Positions 51,321 through 64,000 of a DNA stretch of 64,000 nt are shown here, in pieces. The position numbers were made by a program, and so were the translations under genes. Source of the stretch: Dendrobates tinctorius (taxonomy: Eukaryota). Numbering within the stretch: the stretch's first letter is position 1; the number at the start of each line of letters is the position of its first letter. Under the pieces are notes generated by a model, which did no database searches, was not told where the DNA came from, and was given only the letters and a program-made list of their open reading frames with translations. Location of the stretch: the NCBI RefSeq assembly GCF_039654945.1, contig NW_027361684.1:8866001-8930000 (forward strand). The letters are read 5' to 3'.

Positions 51321-51784
51321 TGTAGCAGGCCAATTTTGTTTTTTCTATTTCAAACAAAAGTGCACACACAGCAGGTTCTACAGTATATCTGATAATAGTT
51401 AATTTTTTTTAGCAAAAATAATTTGTGAACTGCACCAGGCGAAACGTTTTTTAAAATTTTGAACCCACTGTAATTTTACACAAAGCACCTCAAACTGCAT
51501 GGATGACTAACTGAATCCATAAAAAATTTGGAAGTGTTTTTTAGTTTTATATACCACCGTAATGTAACAATAACTGCGTTAAACTTTATAGTTTACTAAT
51601 GGAATCCATAAATTTTGGGACTTTTTTGGAGTGTTATATACCACTAACATTTAACACAAAGCATGTAATACTGTATGGATGGGTATTTCAAAATTTTTCA
51701 ATCCTTTCAATCTATGTTATATACCACTGAAATGTAACAGAAAGCCCCTAATATTCTATAAATGACTAACTCAATACAAATTTT

Positions 51785-52770
51785 CATACAGGAAAGATGT
51801 ATATCTTTGTACCATGTTAGCCAGTAGATAGAAAAATATTCAGAATTGAGTCCTCAGTGGTTGATACCTTTTAATGGCTAACTGAAAAGAAGGTAACACA
51901 TTGCAAGCTTTCGAGACTAATCAGGTCTCTTCATCAGGCATAGACTAATACAAACTCTGAAGAGTCACATACTTATGCACAATACAGCACAGAAAAAATG
52001 CAATAGATGAGACAAGTGACGTGAAGCAGAATTATCATTATGGGAGAGGGAGAAACATAAATATTGCTCCAGTGCATAGATAAGGAGTCCGGATGTTTTA
52101 TTGTCCTCTGATTGGGGTCTCCTACTTATTTGTACTAAATGTCCAACAGGGGGTCTGTATGTGGGGGAGAGAGGGCAAAAGCTTAGAACAAGGATGAATG
52201 CTCATCGTCACACAATAAGAGAAAAAAGAATGGATCTACCTGTGGCAAAACATTTTTGTACGCCTCATCACAGCAACATGGATATGAAATTACTGGTATT
52301 GAAAGGTAACTTCACATCTCAGAGAGAGAAGAGTCTGTGAGTATTAATTTATGACGACCTTTGACACTCTCAATGCTGAAATGAATGTGTCGCATGGATT
52401 TATGTCTTTTTACATGTCTTTTTACATCAATTAAGGAATTTGCTCCTAAGACCGTGTGGGGGCATCACAACACATTAGGAGACCCCAATCAGAGGACAAT
52501 AAAACATCCGGACTCCTTATCTATGAACTGGAGCAATATTTATGTTTCTCCCTCTCCCATAATGATAGTTCTGCTTCACGTCACTTGTCTCATCTATTGC
52601 ATTTTTTCTGTGCTGTATTGTGCATAAGTATGTGACTCTTCACATTTTGTATTAGTCTATGCCTGATGAAGAGACCTGAGTAGTCTCAAAAGCTTGCAAT
52701 GTGTTACCATCTTTTCAGTTAGCCATTAAAAGGTATCAACCACTGAGGACTCTCAATTCTGAATATTTTT
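51785..52770 (+). mobile_element. 5'-truncated Penelope-like element with inverted pLTR and GIY-YIG fragment
   Basis: LICTKCPTGGLYVGERGQKLRTRMNAHR...PVAKHF; ~290-bp inverted arms; 10-bp flanking duplication TACAAATTTT. Confidence 0.9.
51902..51940 (-). ncRNA. Minimal type I hammerhead ribozyme (PLE type)
   Basis: UGC CUGAUGA A GAGAC CUGAUUA GUCUC GAAA GC UU GCA; the plus-strand copy at 52660-52698 has GAAA mutated to AAAA. Confidence 0.78.
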
Positions 52771-53624
52771 TACAAATTTTTAATGTTTTTTGGAGTGTTA
52801 TATGCCACCAATATGTAATAGAAAGCAACTAATACTCTATGGATGACTAATTCATTCCAGACACATTTTTCAATACTTATTTTAGTCTTATATACCACCC
52901 TAATGTAACAAAGCACGTAATACGGTATGGATGAGTAAATGAATCCCAAAAAATTTTTAAACACTTTTTTGGAGTGTTACATAGTACTAAATGTAACAAA
53001 AACAGCATTAAACTATATGGATGACTAATTGAAGTTAGAAAAAATTTTTGAGCGTAACTATTTTGAAAGACTGTATGGATAAGCAGTTGAAAGCAGAAAA
53101 AAAATTTCAATGCTTTTTTTGAGTATTATATAACACAGAAATGTACCACAATGCACGTAATATTCTATGGATAACTAATTGAAGAAAAAATTGTAAACGC
53201 TTTTTTGGAGAGTTGTATAACAAATGTATCACAAAACAGGTAATACTCTATGGGTGAGTAATTGAATCCAGAAAAATTTGTCAACACTTTTTGGGAGTGT
53301 TATAAATCACCAAAATGCACCACAGAGCACAGAATACTCTATGGATGAAAATATTATACATTTTTTCAATCTCCTAAAAAAAAATGGTATGTGCAACAGA
53401 TATATGTTTATCAATTTCCAGCTCTGCCTAGAGACTATTCTGCCACTCCCTAGGCTAAATGCACAATGTATCTGATGTAAACAGCAAGGCACAGATTTAG
53501 ACCTTACAAGGGCTGATAGTATGATGGTTCAGAATCAGCACCAGTATCAACGCTAGAGGACTCACATTTGTTCAACTGTGCACACATCCCTGGATAAGCA
53601 CTTTTTCCCTCCAATTAGAACTGT

Positions 53625-54680
53625 CCCTGAGACTTTGTGGTCCATTTACTCCTGTTACCCTTGTGCAAATGGAAAAATTAGTGACTAAAGTAACATTTTT
53701 GCAGGAAAATTTTAATTGTTTTATTTTCACGCCTCAAAGTTATAAACTTCTGTGAAGCCCCTCCCCTGCAGGTTCAAGATGCTCACCACACATCTCGATA
53801 AGCTCTTTGAGGGGTATAGTTTACAAAATAGGGTCATTTGTGGGGAATTTCCACTGTGTAGGCACATCAGGGGCTCTGCAAACACAACATAACCAATTTT
53901 ACGCTCCAAAAGTTGAAAGGTGCTCCTTCCATTTCGAGCCTTGCTGTGTGCTAAACAGTAGTTTTCCACCACATATAGGGTATCAGCATACTCAGGAGAA
54001 ACTGCACAACAAATTGTATCATCCATTTTCTCCTGTAACCCTTTTGGAAATGCAAAATTTGGGGCTAAAGTAATTTTGTGGAAAAAAGTAAAATTTTATT
54101 TTTTTTCCTTCGACATTGTTTTAATTCTGGTGAAGTCTCTAAATGGTTAATAAACTTCTTGAATGTGGTTTTGAGCACATTGAGGGGTGTATTTTTTTAA
54201 AATGGGGTCACTTTTCGGCATTTTCTGACACATAGGCCTCACAAATTCACTTCAAATAGGATGTGGTACCTAAAAAATGGTTTTGTACATTTTTGTTGTA
54301 AGAATTGGAAATTGCTGATAAAATTTTAACCCTTTTATCTTCTAAATTATGTTTGTAAAATGATGCTGATGTGAAGTAGACATGTTAAATGTGATTTAAC
54401 AACTATTTTGTGTGGTATAACAATGTGGATTAAGGGCATAAAAATTCAAAGTTTGAAAATTGCTAAATTTTCTAGTGTTTTTCTTCATACATTTGATACA
54501 TTCACAAATAAAAGCAAATCAGATTGACCAAGATTTACTACAAATATGAAGTACAAAACATCACGAATCACTGGGATACCTTGAAGCGCTCCAGAGTTAC
54601 CTCATAAAGTGACACTGGTCAGTATTGAAAAAATTGGCCTAATCAGGAAGATAAAAGCAGGCTAGGCGTGAAGTGGTTAA
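53625..54680. mobile_element. Non-autonomous TTAA-type (piggyBac-like) element, right part
   Basis: Ends GAAGTGG|TTAA; internal GGGGTATAGTTT...GGGTCA duplications. Confidence 0.55.
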
Positions 54681-54889
54681 GTTATTTAGATCACTTTGTC
54701 TGAACCTGCAATATGTGGATTCCAGATGGCACACACCACAGGAAAAAAAAAAAAAGCAAAATCCATCCTTGCTATCCCTATCGTCAAGTAATGTTATAGT
54801 ATTCAGAAGTGTGAGCCAACATGTTTACAGTGCAACGTTCACCAAATTTTTCATGTTGAACTGGACACACAATGTAATAGTGTACTAAA

Positions 54890-57800
54890 AGGGTAATCAA
54901 AAACACAAATTATGTAACGGGGCTAAAAGCATATTCGTATTAAGCTCTCCCACAATATAATCAAGAGTATAAATACAGTGGAGTACTCCAAATACAATAT
55001 CAAAACGGAGAGAAAACGGAGTAGCAAACAAGCCACAACAAATGAATAAACGTATAATATACATTGAAAAATCACAATAAAAACAGATTAAGCAGAATCC
55101 ATATAGAAATAGTACATACAATTGGAGAGGACATGAAGGTAGGTGGGGGTTGGTGTAGGGTCAAAAGATAATTGGACCTGGAAAAGTTGGGTGAGTAGAT
55201 ATCATTAATGCACATGGACAATATTAAATAGGGATCAGTGCAAAAATCAATAAGATATATCTATGTGCCATTTCCACAACGAACCACAGCATCCATACAA
55301 AGGCTTATCCATGGTGGGTCCAGACCCTGATGTGCAGCCACTGACGCGCGTTTCACGTGCTTGATTTCTCAAAGGGGAGTAGAAAATAGGTCCTGTCTCA
55401 ACGACTATATATACAATGAAATAGCGCCGATAAATGCGGCACATGCGCTCCGGACTCTGGCCGTATGCATTGTCACTTCCCCAGCGGCCGTCACAGCACA
55501 GTGAGCATGCGGACATAGAGCCCAATGACGTCAACAGACATTCGCACTGCGCTGGTTAGATGACCACCAAGGAAGCAAAATGCCAAGAAGGTCACGGTGT
55601 GCTTGTGCACCAACAGCGGCCATTTCCTAGAAACGCAAAGGACACCACCATCATGCCAGAGATCGCTAGGGGTCAAACAATATATCATTAGGGCCTGTCG
55701 CTACAGTATTCAAGGTAAGACAATGCTGTTAAAAATGGAATGTTACAAAGGGGGACAGAAAAACAATAAAAAATGTAGATAATGTGGACAAGGAATACTG
55801 AAGTAATACACAGTGAGAGCTAATATAAGGATCAGTAGTGCTTAAACCGACCCAGGATGTATGGATGAAAAATAAATAAAAGATAAAAATAAAAAAAAAT
55901 AAGAGGGAAAAAAACAAAAAATGGAGGTGAAAAAAAAAAGATAAGGCTGGTTACAGCCAATAAGAATTCAGCAATAATGAAAGCGAAAGGAACGTGAAAA
56001 AAAGCTTATGTGGTGGCTAATAGAAAAAGGCATGGCTGTGATGCCAACAACACAGATATACTAATTATATACAATGGGGAAAAAGTTTTAGTCAGCCACC
56101 AATTGTGCAAGTTCTCCCACTTAAAAAGATGAGAGAGGCCTGTAATTGACATCATAGGTAGACCACAACTATGAGAGTCAAAATGAGAAAACAAATCCAG
56201 AAAATCACCTTGGCTGATTTGGTAAGATTTAATTTTCAAATTATGGTGGAAAATAAGTATTTGGTCACCTAAAAACATGCAAGATTTCTGGCTCTCACAG
56301 GACCTGTAACTTCTTTAAGAGGCTCCTCTGTCCTCCACTCATTACCTGTAGTAATGGCACCTGTTTGAACTTATTATCAGTATAAAAGACACCTGCCCAC
56401 AACCTCAAACAGTCACACTCCAAAGAGCTGTCGAAGGACACCAGAAACAAAATTGTAGTCCTGCACCAGGCTGGGAAGACTGAATCTGCAATAGCCAAGC
56501 AGCTTGGTGTGATGAAATCAACTGTGGGAGCAATAGTAAGTAAATGGAAGACATTCAAGACCACTGAATCTCCCTAAATCTCGGGCTCCATGCAAGATCT
56601 CACCCCGTGGGGTCAAAATGATCACAAGAACGGTGAGCAAAAATCCCAGAACCACAAGGGGTGACTTTTTGAATGACCTGCATAGAGGTGGGACTAATGT
56701 AACAAAGGCTACAATCAGTAACACTATGCCGCCAGGGACTCAGATCCTGCAGTGCCAGATGTGTCCCCCTGCTTAAGCCAGTACATGTCCAGGCCTATCT
56801 GAAGTTTGCTAGAGAGCTTTTGGATTATCCAGAAGAAGAGTATTGGGAGAATGTCATATGGTCTGATGAAACCAAAATAGAACTGTTTGGTAGAAACAAA
56901 ACTTGTCGTGTTTGGAGGAGACAGAATGCTGAGATGCATCCAAAGAACACTATACCTACTGTGAAGTATGGGGGTGGCAACATCATGCTTTGGGACTGTT
57001 TCTCTGCAAAGGGACCAGGACAACTGATCCGTGTACATGAAAGAATGAATGGGGCCATGTATCATGAGATTTTGAGTGCAAACCTCCTTCCATCAGCAAG
57101 GGCATTGAAGATGAAACGTGGATGGGGTCTTTCAGCAGGAAAATGACCCAAACACACCGCAAGGGCAATGAAGGAGTGGTTTCATAAGAAGCATATGAAG
57201 GTCCTGGAGTTGCCTAACCAGTCTCCAGATCTCAACCCCATAGAAAACCTTTGGAGGGATTTGAAAGTCCGTGTTGCCCAGCGACAGGCCCAAAACATCA
57301 CTGCTCTAGAGGAGATCTGCCTGGAGGAATGGGCCAACATACCACCAACTGTGTGTGCCAATCTTATGAAGACTTACAGAAAACGTTTGACCTCTGTCAT
57401 TGCCAACAAAGGATATATAACAAAATATTGAGATAAACTTTTGTTAATGACCAAATACTTATTTTCCACCATAATTTGAAAAATGAATCTTACCAAATCA
57501 GACAAGGTGATTTTCTGGATTTGTTTTATCATTTTGACTCTCATAGTTGTGGTCTACCTATGATGTCAGTTACAGGCCTCATCTTTTTAAGTGGGAGAAC
57601 TTGCACAATTGGTGGCTGACTAAATACCTTTTTCCCCCATTACATCAGACAAAACAGTGCTAAAAGAGCATATAATATTAATGTACTAAAAACAATCCCA
57701 CATATATAACATGTATTTTCCATGTATATCCAAAAGGAAAGATGCAGCAGAGGATATCGTCAGTCCTTGTTTATACGAGAAATATTCCTAAGGCAGAAGG

Positions 57801-58140
57801 TGAAGTGTCCCAAACTTCACTTCAGAAGATGACAACAGACGGAAGGCAACTTGGATGAACATAGTTGGTCCAGGAAGAGGTCGTAGTACAAATGCGCATA
57901 AGGTCAACACAGTAAAGAGAGAAAAAAAGGAGACAAAGACAAAAAAAAAAAAAAGTTAAAAAAACAAAGAGCAGGGCACCCCATAAGGGAACAAGGACAC
58001 TAGATAAGGGAGAACCATTAAATGAGACATCAGCGGGCGACGGGGGACGAGATCACAAGAAGGGAGTGATACTGAGCTTTTCATTAATTCCTTTAGGGGA
58101 CATGGTATCAAGGGTGATGGTCCACCTACATTCACATTGA
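54890..58140 (-). mobile_element. Penelope-like 3' end split by a Tc1 (extent inferred)
   Basis: ORF end ECRWTITLDTMSPKGINE at about 58080-58138; decayed HHR variant UUGAGAA...GAAACGCGCGUC at 55338-55377. Confidence 0.55.
56072..57642 (+). mobile_element. Tc1-like transposon, near full length, frameshifted
   Basis: ~200-bp TIRs; [17 protein letters not shown] and [12 protein letters not shown] in broken frames. Confidence 0.92.
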
Positions 58141-60517
58141 TAATGTACTGTAATAATAGCTGCAGAGCTGGATAAAACTTTTTTTTTTTTTAACTTTCAG
58201 CTATCCATTGCAATAATCCATTGAGATAATAGTAATCAAAGTACTTGGTACCTAATGAGTTAAAACAGACTTGGACTTACCTTTTTTATCCGTCTTCACT
58301 GGAGGAGTGTACTACTTCTCCCTGTATTAGGTTGACCAATCATAAGCAGGGAAAAACACTCCACCGTAACTTAGAACAGATTTCTGTGTGTTAGATGTAA
58401 TGATACAGCTTTGATCTACTGGTCTAACCTCCTGCATGCTTCAGTGTGGGTTGAGGGGGTTTGTAGCGGTCATATTGTGAACCCTACTATCAGCAATTAC
58501 ATTTATGTCTGCTGTGCTGTGGAAACTTGTATTCACTCTGTATTGGGAGTAGGCTGTAATTACAGCTCACAAAAGAGTAACCTGGCTGTTCTGGGCTACA
58601 AGTTGAGCACAAAAGACAAATCTATAGACAGTGCTAGGAGAGGATAGCTGACAGTGCAATGGTCTACCTTTTTTTTTTTCTAGTTTTTAGTATTTTTATC
58701 CAGTTTTTATTTGAGCCGAAGTAGTCTTTTTGTTTCTTTTTTTTAAAAGTTTTACTTTAATTTGCACCTTTTTTAAAGTTTATTTTGTGTTCTGTTACTT
58801 TCCTTCATTTTCGCCAATGTGGGCGTGGTTTTTGTTTTTCAGATGTGTGAAAAATACATCAAGCGCGATTTAAAAAAAAAAAAAAAAAGTCCCAATGATT
58901 TTTGAACAAAAGTACTCTAATAACTGAGTGATTTTAGAAACATCTGAAATCTTTTATAAATTTTGCAACATTTTAACAGAACATGCAACTTATTTTTCTA
59001 AAAAAAAGGGGGTAAAGTGCATTTTTTGTTTTGTGCAAAATTCACAAACCACTTGACCCATCTTAGAGTTTGGTCCAAAAAGGTAAACAAATATGTCATA
59101 GATGTAATGGTAAAATCCATAACGCCATCTCTTAAGAGACATATTGAACATACTGGATTAATTATAACTTTGGAAGTGACGAGCTCGCACTTCGCTCCAA
59201 TCTCTATTGAACTAGAAACTCCTGCAGTGTACAGGTAATTAAAGTAGGATATTTTATGAATATTGTTTGTGTGACAGGCATAGGTCCAATAGTTATTGGA
59301 GGCATTTTCGGCGTACGGAGTGACGAATGTAACAACTATTTTCATCAATGTACTACATGAAGTGTTATTCTTCCAGACTTTGAGGCTCTGACAGCAATGT
59401 GAAGTCTTATTTTGTTAAAATTTACAGATGATCATTTCATTGGTGGTACTCTGTTGCATTTTCATATTGGGATACTTAATTTAAAAAGTTTACAAAACAA
59501 TGACACAAAGCAACCAAATTATGAGCACTGAGCTGGAGAGCGAGATTCAGATCAAAAGGAACATGAGAATGCCGACTGCGCTCCTTGCAGCAGCATGTAC
59601 ATCACACATGCAGTAGTCACGCTACAGTTCACTGCATGGGGAAAAGGAAAAAAAAAAGGGTTGGCAATAGCTCTATGTAATCTCTGGTATTATGGGAGTT
59701 TCGGTGACAATATCAGAAAACACAAGCCTAAAATTATTTACAGTTCTCACCCAGCATTCCCAGATTTTTGCTATGCAAGATTTTCTGCCAGATCCATAAT
59801 TTAGAAACCTAGAAGAGACAGCAATGAGATCGGTCATCATAACTAGAGGTTAGAATTCACATTGGAAGTTGGTTTTCACCCAACTTTCTCTCTAAACCCG
59901 AAGCACTAGGCTTTAGTGTAAAAAAAAAAAAAAAAAAAAAGAAAAATAAAAGGCCATTAGCCATGATAGGTGATCCATTTGATACATGCAAAAACAAAAT
60001 TAACCAGTTCAGTCCCCTAAAAGAGACTAACTCTTCCAATCAAAATATGCCTGTCCGCACCATCAGAAAATCTGAGCCTAAGCTTTTTTTTTTTTTATAT
60101 CAAATGTTAATATACAATTTAACGTATAGTCAATATAACTAAATGCCTTCATGTTGTGCATCTCTTTCAGTCTAAGCTCCCAATTTTCTTAGTGCCCGAA
60201 TGGCCGGTGCAAAGTAATGGGGCGTAGTATAGTACCGAGGTCTGAACTATGTCTCTCCCGCTTTTCTCTTCTCTGGATGCAACACCGCCATCATTGTCGC
60301 TGGTCCATAATTCACCTATGTAAAGGGGTGGTGGGGAGATGTGGTTCAGACTTCCCATTCATCTGTAGCGGCTATTTTAGACATGTGGGAAACAGGGCAC
60401 CGATCTCACAAACAGAAGGAGCCATTGCAGTGCAAAGTCCATTAGGTGTAGTGACCATGCATTGGAAAGGGCCACTTTAACAACAACCAAGCAATTCCAG
60501 AAATTGCATTTTCTTTT

Positions 60518-60800
60518 AATCATAGAATAGTAGAGTTGGAAGGGACCTCCTGGGCCATCTGGTCCAACCCCCTGCTCAAAGCAGGATTTGCTAAATCATC
60601 CCAGACAGATGTCTGTCCAGCCTCTGTTTGAAGACTTCCATTGAAGGAGAACTTACCACCTCTCGTGGCAGCCTGTTTCACTCGTTGATCACTCTGTCAA
60701 AAAGTTTTTTCTAATATCTAATCTGTGTCTCCTCCCATTCAGTTTCATCCCATTGCTTCTAGTCTTTCCTTGTGCAAATGAGAATAAAGATGATCCTTCT
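60518..60800 (-). mobile_element. CR1 LINE 3' fragment
   Basis: AATCATAGAATAGTAGAGTTGGAAGGGACC is a typical CR1 3' terminus in reverse. Confidence 0.85.
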
Positions 60801-62081
60801 ACTTTGCATGATGACAGAACGCTAAGATATCCGCCAAATACATTTAATGGAAGTGACTCAAACCAATGAGGAAAAAAACAACATAAACATGTATAACTCT
60901 AATTTATTATTAAATTACATAACAAAGCTTTTTTTCTTTATTACAGACAGGATTTGCACATAAGGTGCAGAAATGGGAAAATAATTACAAGAGCAATAAA
61001 GTATAATTAGCTTCAATGAGCAATTTGTAAAGCAAAATGAGAAAGTGCTATTAGATGGGGAAGGTTATATACAGGTGGATACTTTGGAATCAGACATCCC
61101 TTCTTAATGCCAACTTTACATGAGGTTTGGTGAATAAATTAGCTGTCACGGTCTACAGGAGAGCAGGCATACACGCGGCAGGTAGGTCAGTAATAAGAGA
61201 CTTTTTACGCAGGGGCCTGGCTACACCCTAAAATTTAAATCGGAACCATAGAATGGTAAGTTCCTGCGTGTTACATTTTGTACCCATTGGCCTTTTTTTT
61301 GTTGGCTTCACATCTTGTGGGAGTTACACTGCGAGAAGGGATCAAAGGTTGCTTTTACGCTTTTTAGGAACCGTTAAAGAACAAAAATTTTACAATTATC
61401 GAGTGGACTGATTCACAACCTATTTGTAAGTATTAAAGCATTATCCTTTATCCCCGTGTCTGGATATATCAGACAGTTTTCATACACAGCAGTAACATGC
61501 TGAATATCTGAATACTCCCTTAAATTGTTCTGGTAAAAGATTGTATTAACAAATCGTACAAAAAAAAAATTCATATAAACCTGCGGCTCCACCATGATAA
61601 AGTGTTCCCAATGATAATGACATTACTAGGGTGTCACCTCTTCGAGAGAATGAAATGGAAATGTATTGGTAGAATTGGCGGGTCTCTGACAATTCTGATG
61701 GCAGGTGGTAATTTACCATATTTTAACCTTGGCTAATTGTGGTTTCTTTGAAGGTCATGTTCACTCAAAAAATGGGGATGGGACCTAGTACAATGTTTCT
61801 CCAATTTCTTTACAGAAGGGCTCTTTCCCATTTTTGATAAACAGAAAACATACTGGAGAGAAGATCTCCTGATCACAGAGGGAAGAAAGCGTTTCTCAGA
61901 TCTCTGGTACAATGTTCTGGCCAAAAGCGACTGGAGATCAAAAAATTCCTAAATTGCAGTTTCTTATACTTATAAACAAATGAAAAAGTTAAAAAACCTA
62001 CAGTCTTAATGCAATTAATTAAATTCCTGCAAAAAAAAAAAAAAAAACCTTGGAAAATCCGTTAAATTATAGACTACATAA

Positions 62082-62325
62082 GACCTGTTTCACACTTCCG
62101 TTTTTTCAAATCCGTCAAAATCTGTTGGTTTCCGTAAAAAAACGGATCCGCCAATTTTTTGCAGGATCCGTTTTTTGTCCCATAGACTTCCATTAGCGGT
62201 TACCGCGGATCCGTCAAAAAAACGGATCCGTTTTTTTAAAAACGGATCCGTTTGCATCAGTTTCCGTCAAAAAAACGGAAACGGATCCGTTTGGCGGACA
62301 CAAAAACGGAAGTGTGAAACAGGCC
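62082..62325. mobile_element. Palindromic Harbinger-type MITE
   Basis: TAA|GACCTGTTTCACACTTCCG ... CGGAAGTGTGAAACAGGCC|TAA; internal ACGGATCCGT repeats. Confidence 0.88.
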
Positions 62326-62328
62326 TAA

Positions 62329-62747
62329 AGAGAAACTGTCAGCAGGTTTTGCTATGTAATCTTAGAGCAGCATGATGTAGGGGCAGAGACCCTGATTCCA
62401 GCGACGTGTCACTTACTGAGCTGTGTTTTGTTTCAATAAAATCAGCATTTTATCACCACAATAATCCCTATAGGACTAGGTGTCTCATGCCCCTTTAGCC
62501 AACAACTCCATGTAACTCCACCCCCATCACTGGTTGGATGATTTCTGCAGATGCGCAGTGTACACAGAAAGCTGTCAATCAGTGGTGTGGGCGGGGAAAT
62601 ACAGAGCTCAGCTGGATCTGTAGCAGAGAAAACAGTGATTGTATCAAAATGACAATACAGCCAAGTGACATCTCAGGGATCAGGGTCTCAAGCTCCTACA
62701 CCATGCTGCCCTCAGATTACAGAGTAAACCTGCTGACAGATTCCTTT
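62329..62747. mobile_element. T2/Kolobok-type MITE
   Basis: CTGTCAGCAGGTTT / AAACCTGCTGACAG termini; homologous to 36353-40081. Confidence 0.75.
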
Positions 62748-64000
62748 CATGCTAGACACTAACATTGGTCGCTTGCTAACGGACATCCCTAGACAAAGTC
62801 AAAGCAGAGTTGATGGGATGACAATTATTACCTTCACTCATTGGAAGCAGCTGTGTTAATGCCTAAACAATCTACCACTAGAAAAAAATAAATAAATTAT
62901 GGAAGCAATTGTTGCAGAGGCTCGGGCTGCGCAGAGGCTTTATTAAAGACGCAGGCCACTTGACCAATGATTGCTACATCACGGAATAATGTGTCTGTAT
63001 CGCAGCCAAAGTCACCCGTAGCCGCAAAAGTTGAAACTAACTGCAACACCTGGTGGTAGATGTATTCCAGCGACTTGCACACAGCCAAAGTTACCATGCA
63101 AAATAACGCATATCTACAGTAGCAGAAAATATCTGATGTTGAAGAGACAAAGGAGAATATACCGAAGCCTCTTTGGCTTTTATCAGTTTCTCAAGGTCTG
63201 TATACAGGCAGTTTCAGCTCGCCTAGTAAGGCTGCATGTATGCAATGACAGTTTTGTTCTGTTCTTTTATTAATTACCAAATATATGAATTAAACTCCTC
63301 TCGGGGCAGAAGGGGAAGATATCCAGTGGAAGTTTTTAGAAATCACCCTTTTATTTCCAGGAGAAATCCTGAGAGTAGAAATCCAAGGACTCTAACTGCG
63401 TCATTTTTTTTGTACGACTTCCTCGACGCAGTACCATTGGGTTCGAAATGTGAGCGTACTTGTAATGAGCTGCGATGTAGCAGCGACACTGAGCAAACTT
63501 TGGTCGCACAACACATGTAGTCCCATCCTAAATATAACAAAAGCTTACTGACTTAATTCTAGAGAATGGAGAACCCAAACTACCAACATTCCAGACATTC
63601 CCTCTAACTGGAGAGGCGACGTAAGGCATGATGTGCAATTTGTCTTTTCTGCTCCAAAACCTGCCTGAAAAAATGATGAAAAGAATGAACATATGCAAAA
63701 TGACTTGTGCATATAATGAGTATTTTTGAGCTTCTTGAACCACATTGGGCTTCGAAAGCCATACAGCAGTTAAAAGAAGTGGTGTTGTATACATGTGATG
63801 TGAAAAAGAAAAACGGCAGCAGGCAATGCTACCACAAAAGACGCCAAAAACCCCCCGCTTTCCTGGGGAAAAAAAAATGCTAGCGTATTCCTGAAGCATC
63901 TTTCTCTTGAAAAACCCAGAGAGTAAGCCGGCATTAAACGGCCTTTGTGTGGACATACTAGTTATCCGGTGACCTACAGAACCAATCCCTTACGCACAGG

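Larger units (their letters stand above)
51450..53400. repeat. ~85-bp degenerate tandem repeat, split by a Penelope insertion
   Basis: TATACCAC..ATGTAACA...TATGGATGACTAA recurs on both sides of the insertion. Confidence 0.75.

Noticed and set aside
60236-60315. Possible minus-strand host exon (ELWTSDNDGGVASREEK)
   Set aside because: Weak donor site, no recognised homology, no partner exons.
63420-63460. GGTTCGAAAT B-box/tRNA-like motif
   Set aside because: No A-box or cloverleaf could be built.

Overview
Repeat-saturated vertebrate DNA, most likely a frog (inferred from T2/Kolobok-type MITEs, Tc1, Penelope-like elements and sushi-type Gypsy). I found no convincing host gene. Most long ORFs in the track are artefacts of mini/microsatellites. 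Contents: (i) a young sushi/Tf1-type Gypsy whose gag-protease-RT frame is open to the left window edge, plus three solo LTRs of its family, each with a 6-bp TSD; (ii) a 3.3-kb two-LTR element keeping gag+protease but lacking RT/RNaseH/integrase core. Both LTR families have a PBS complementary to their own LTR (tRNA-independent self-priming signature); (iii) a 6.8-kb PIF/Harbinger transposon with a decayed transposase, two different Myb/SANT-type relics and related MITEs elsewhere; (iv) a hammerhead-ribozyme (HHR) cluster: a 266-bp-period retrozyme-like repeat with a canonical type I HHR, next to a Penelope inverted-pLTR insertion, plus further Penelope pieces with intact or decayed HHRs; (v) a 3.3-kb hAT-type foldback with microsatellite arms; (vi) many Tc1, hAT, Gmr1-like, L1 and CR1 relics. 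The best candidate for an undescribed system is the retrozyme/Penelope ribozyme module inside the Harbinger element. Coordinates were counted by eye; ends without a TSD are approximate.
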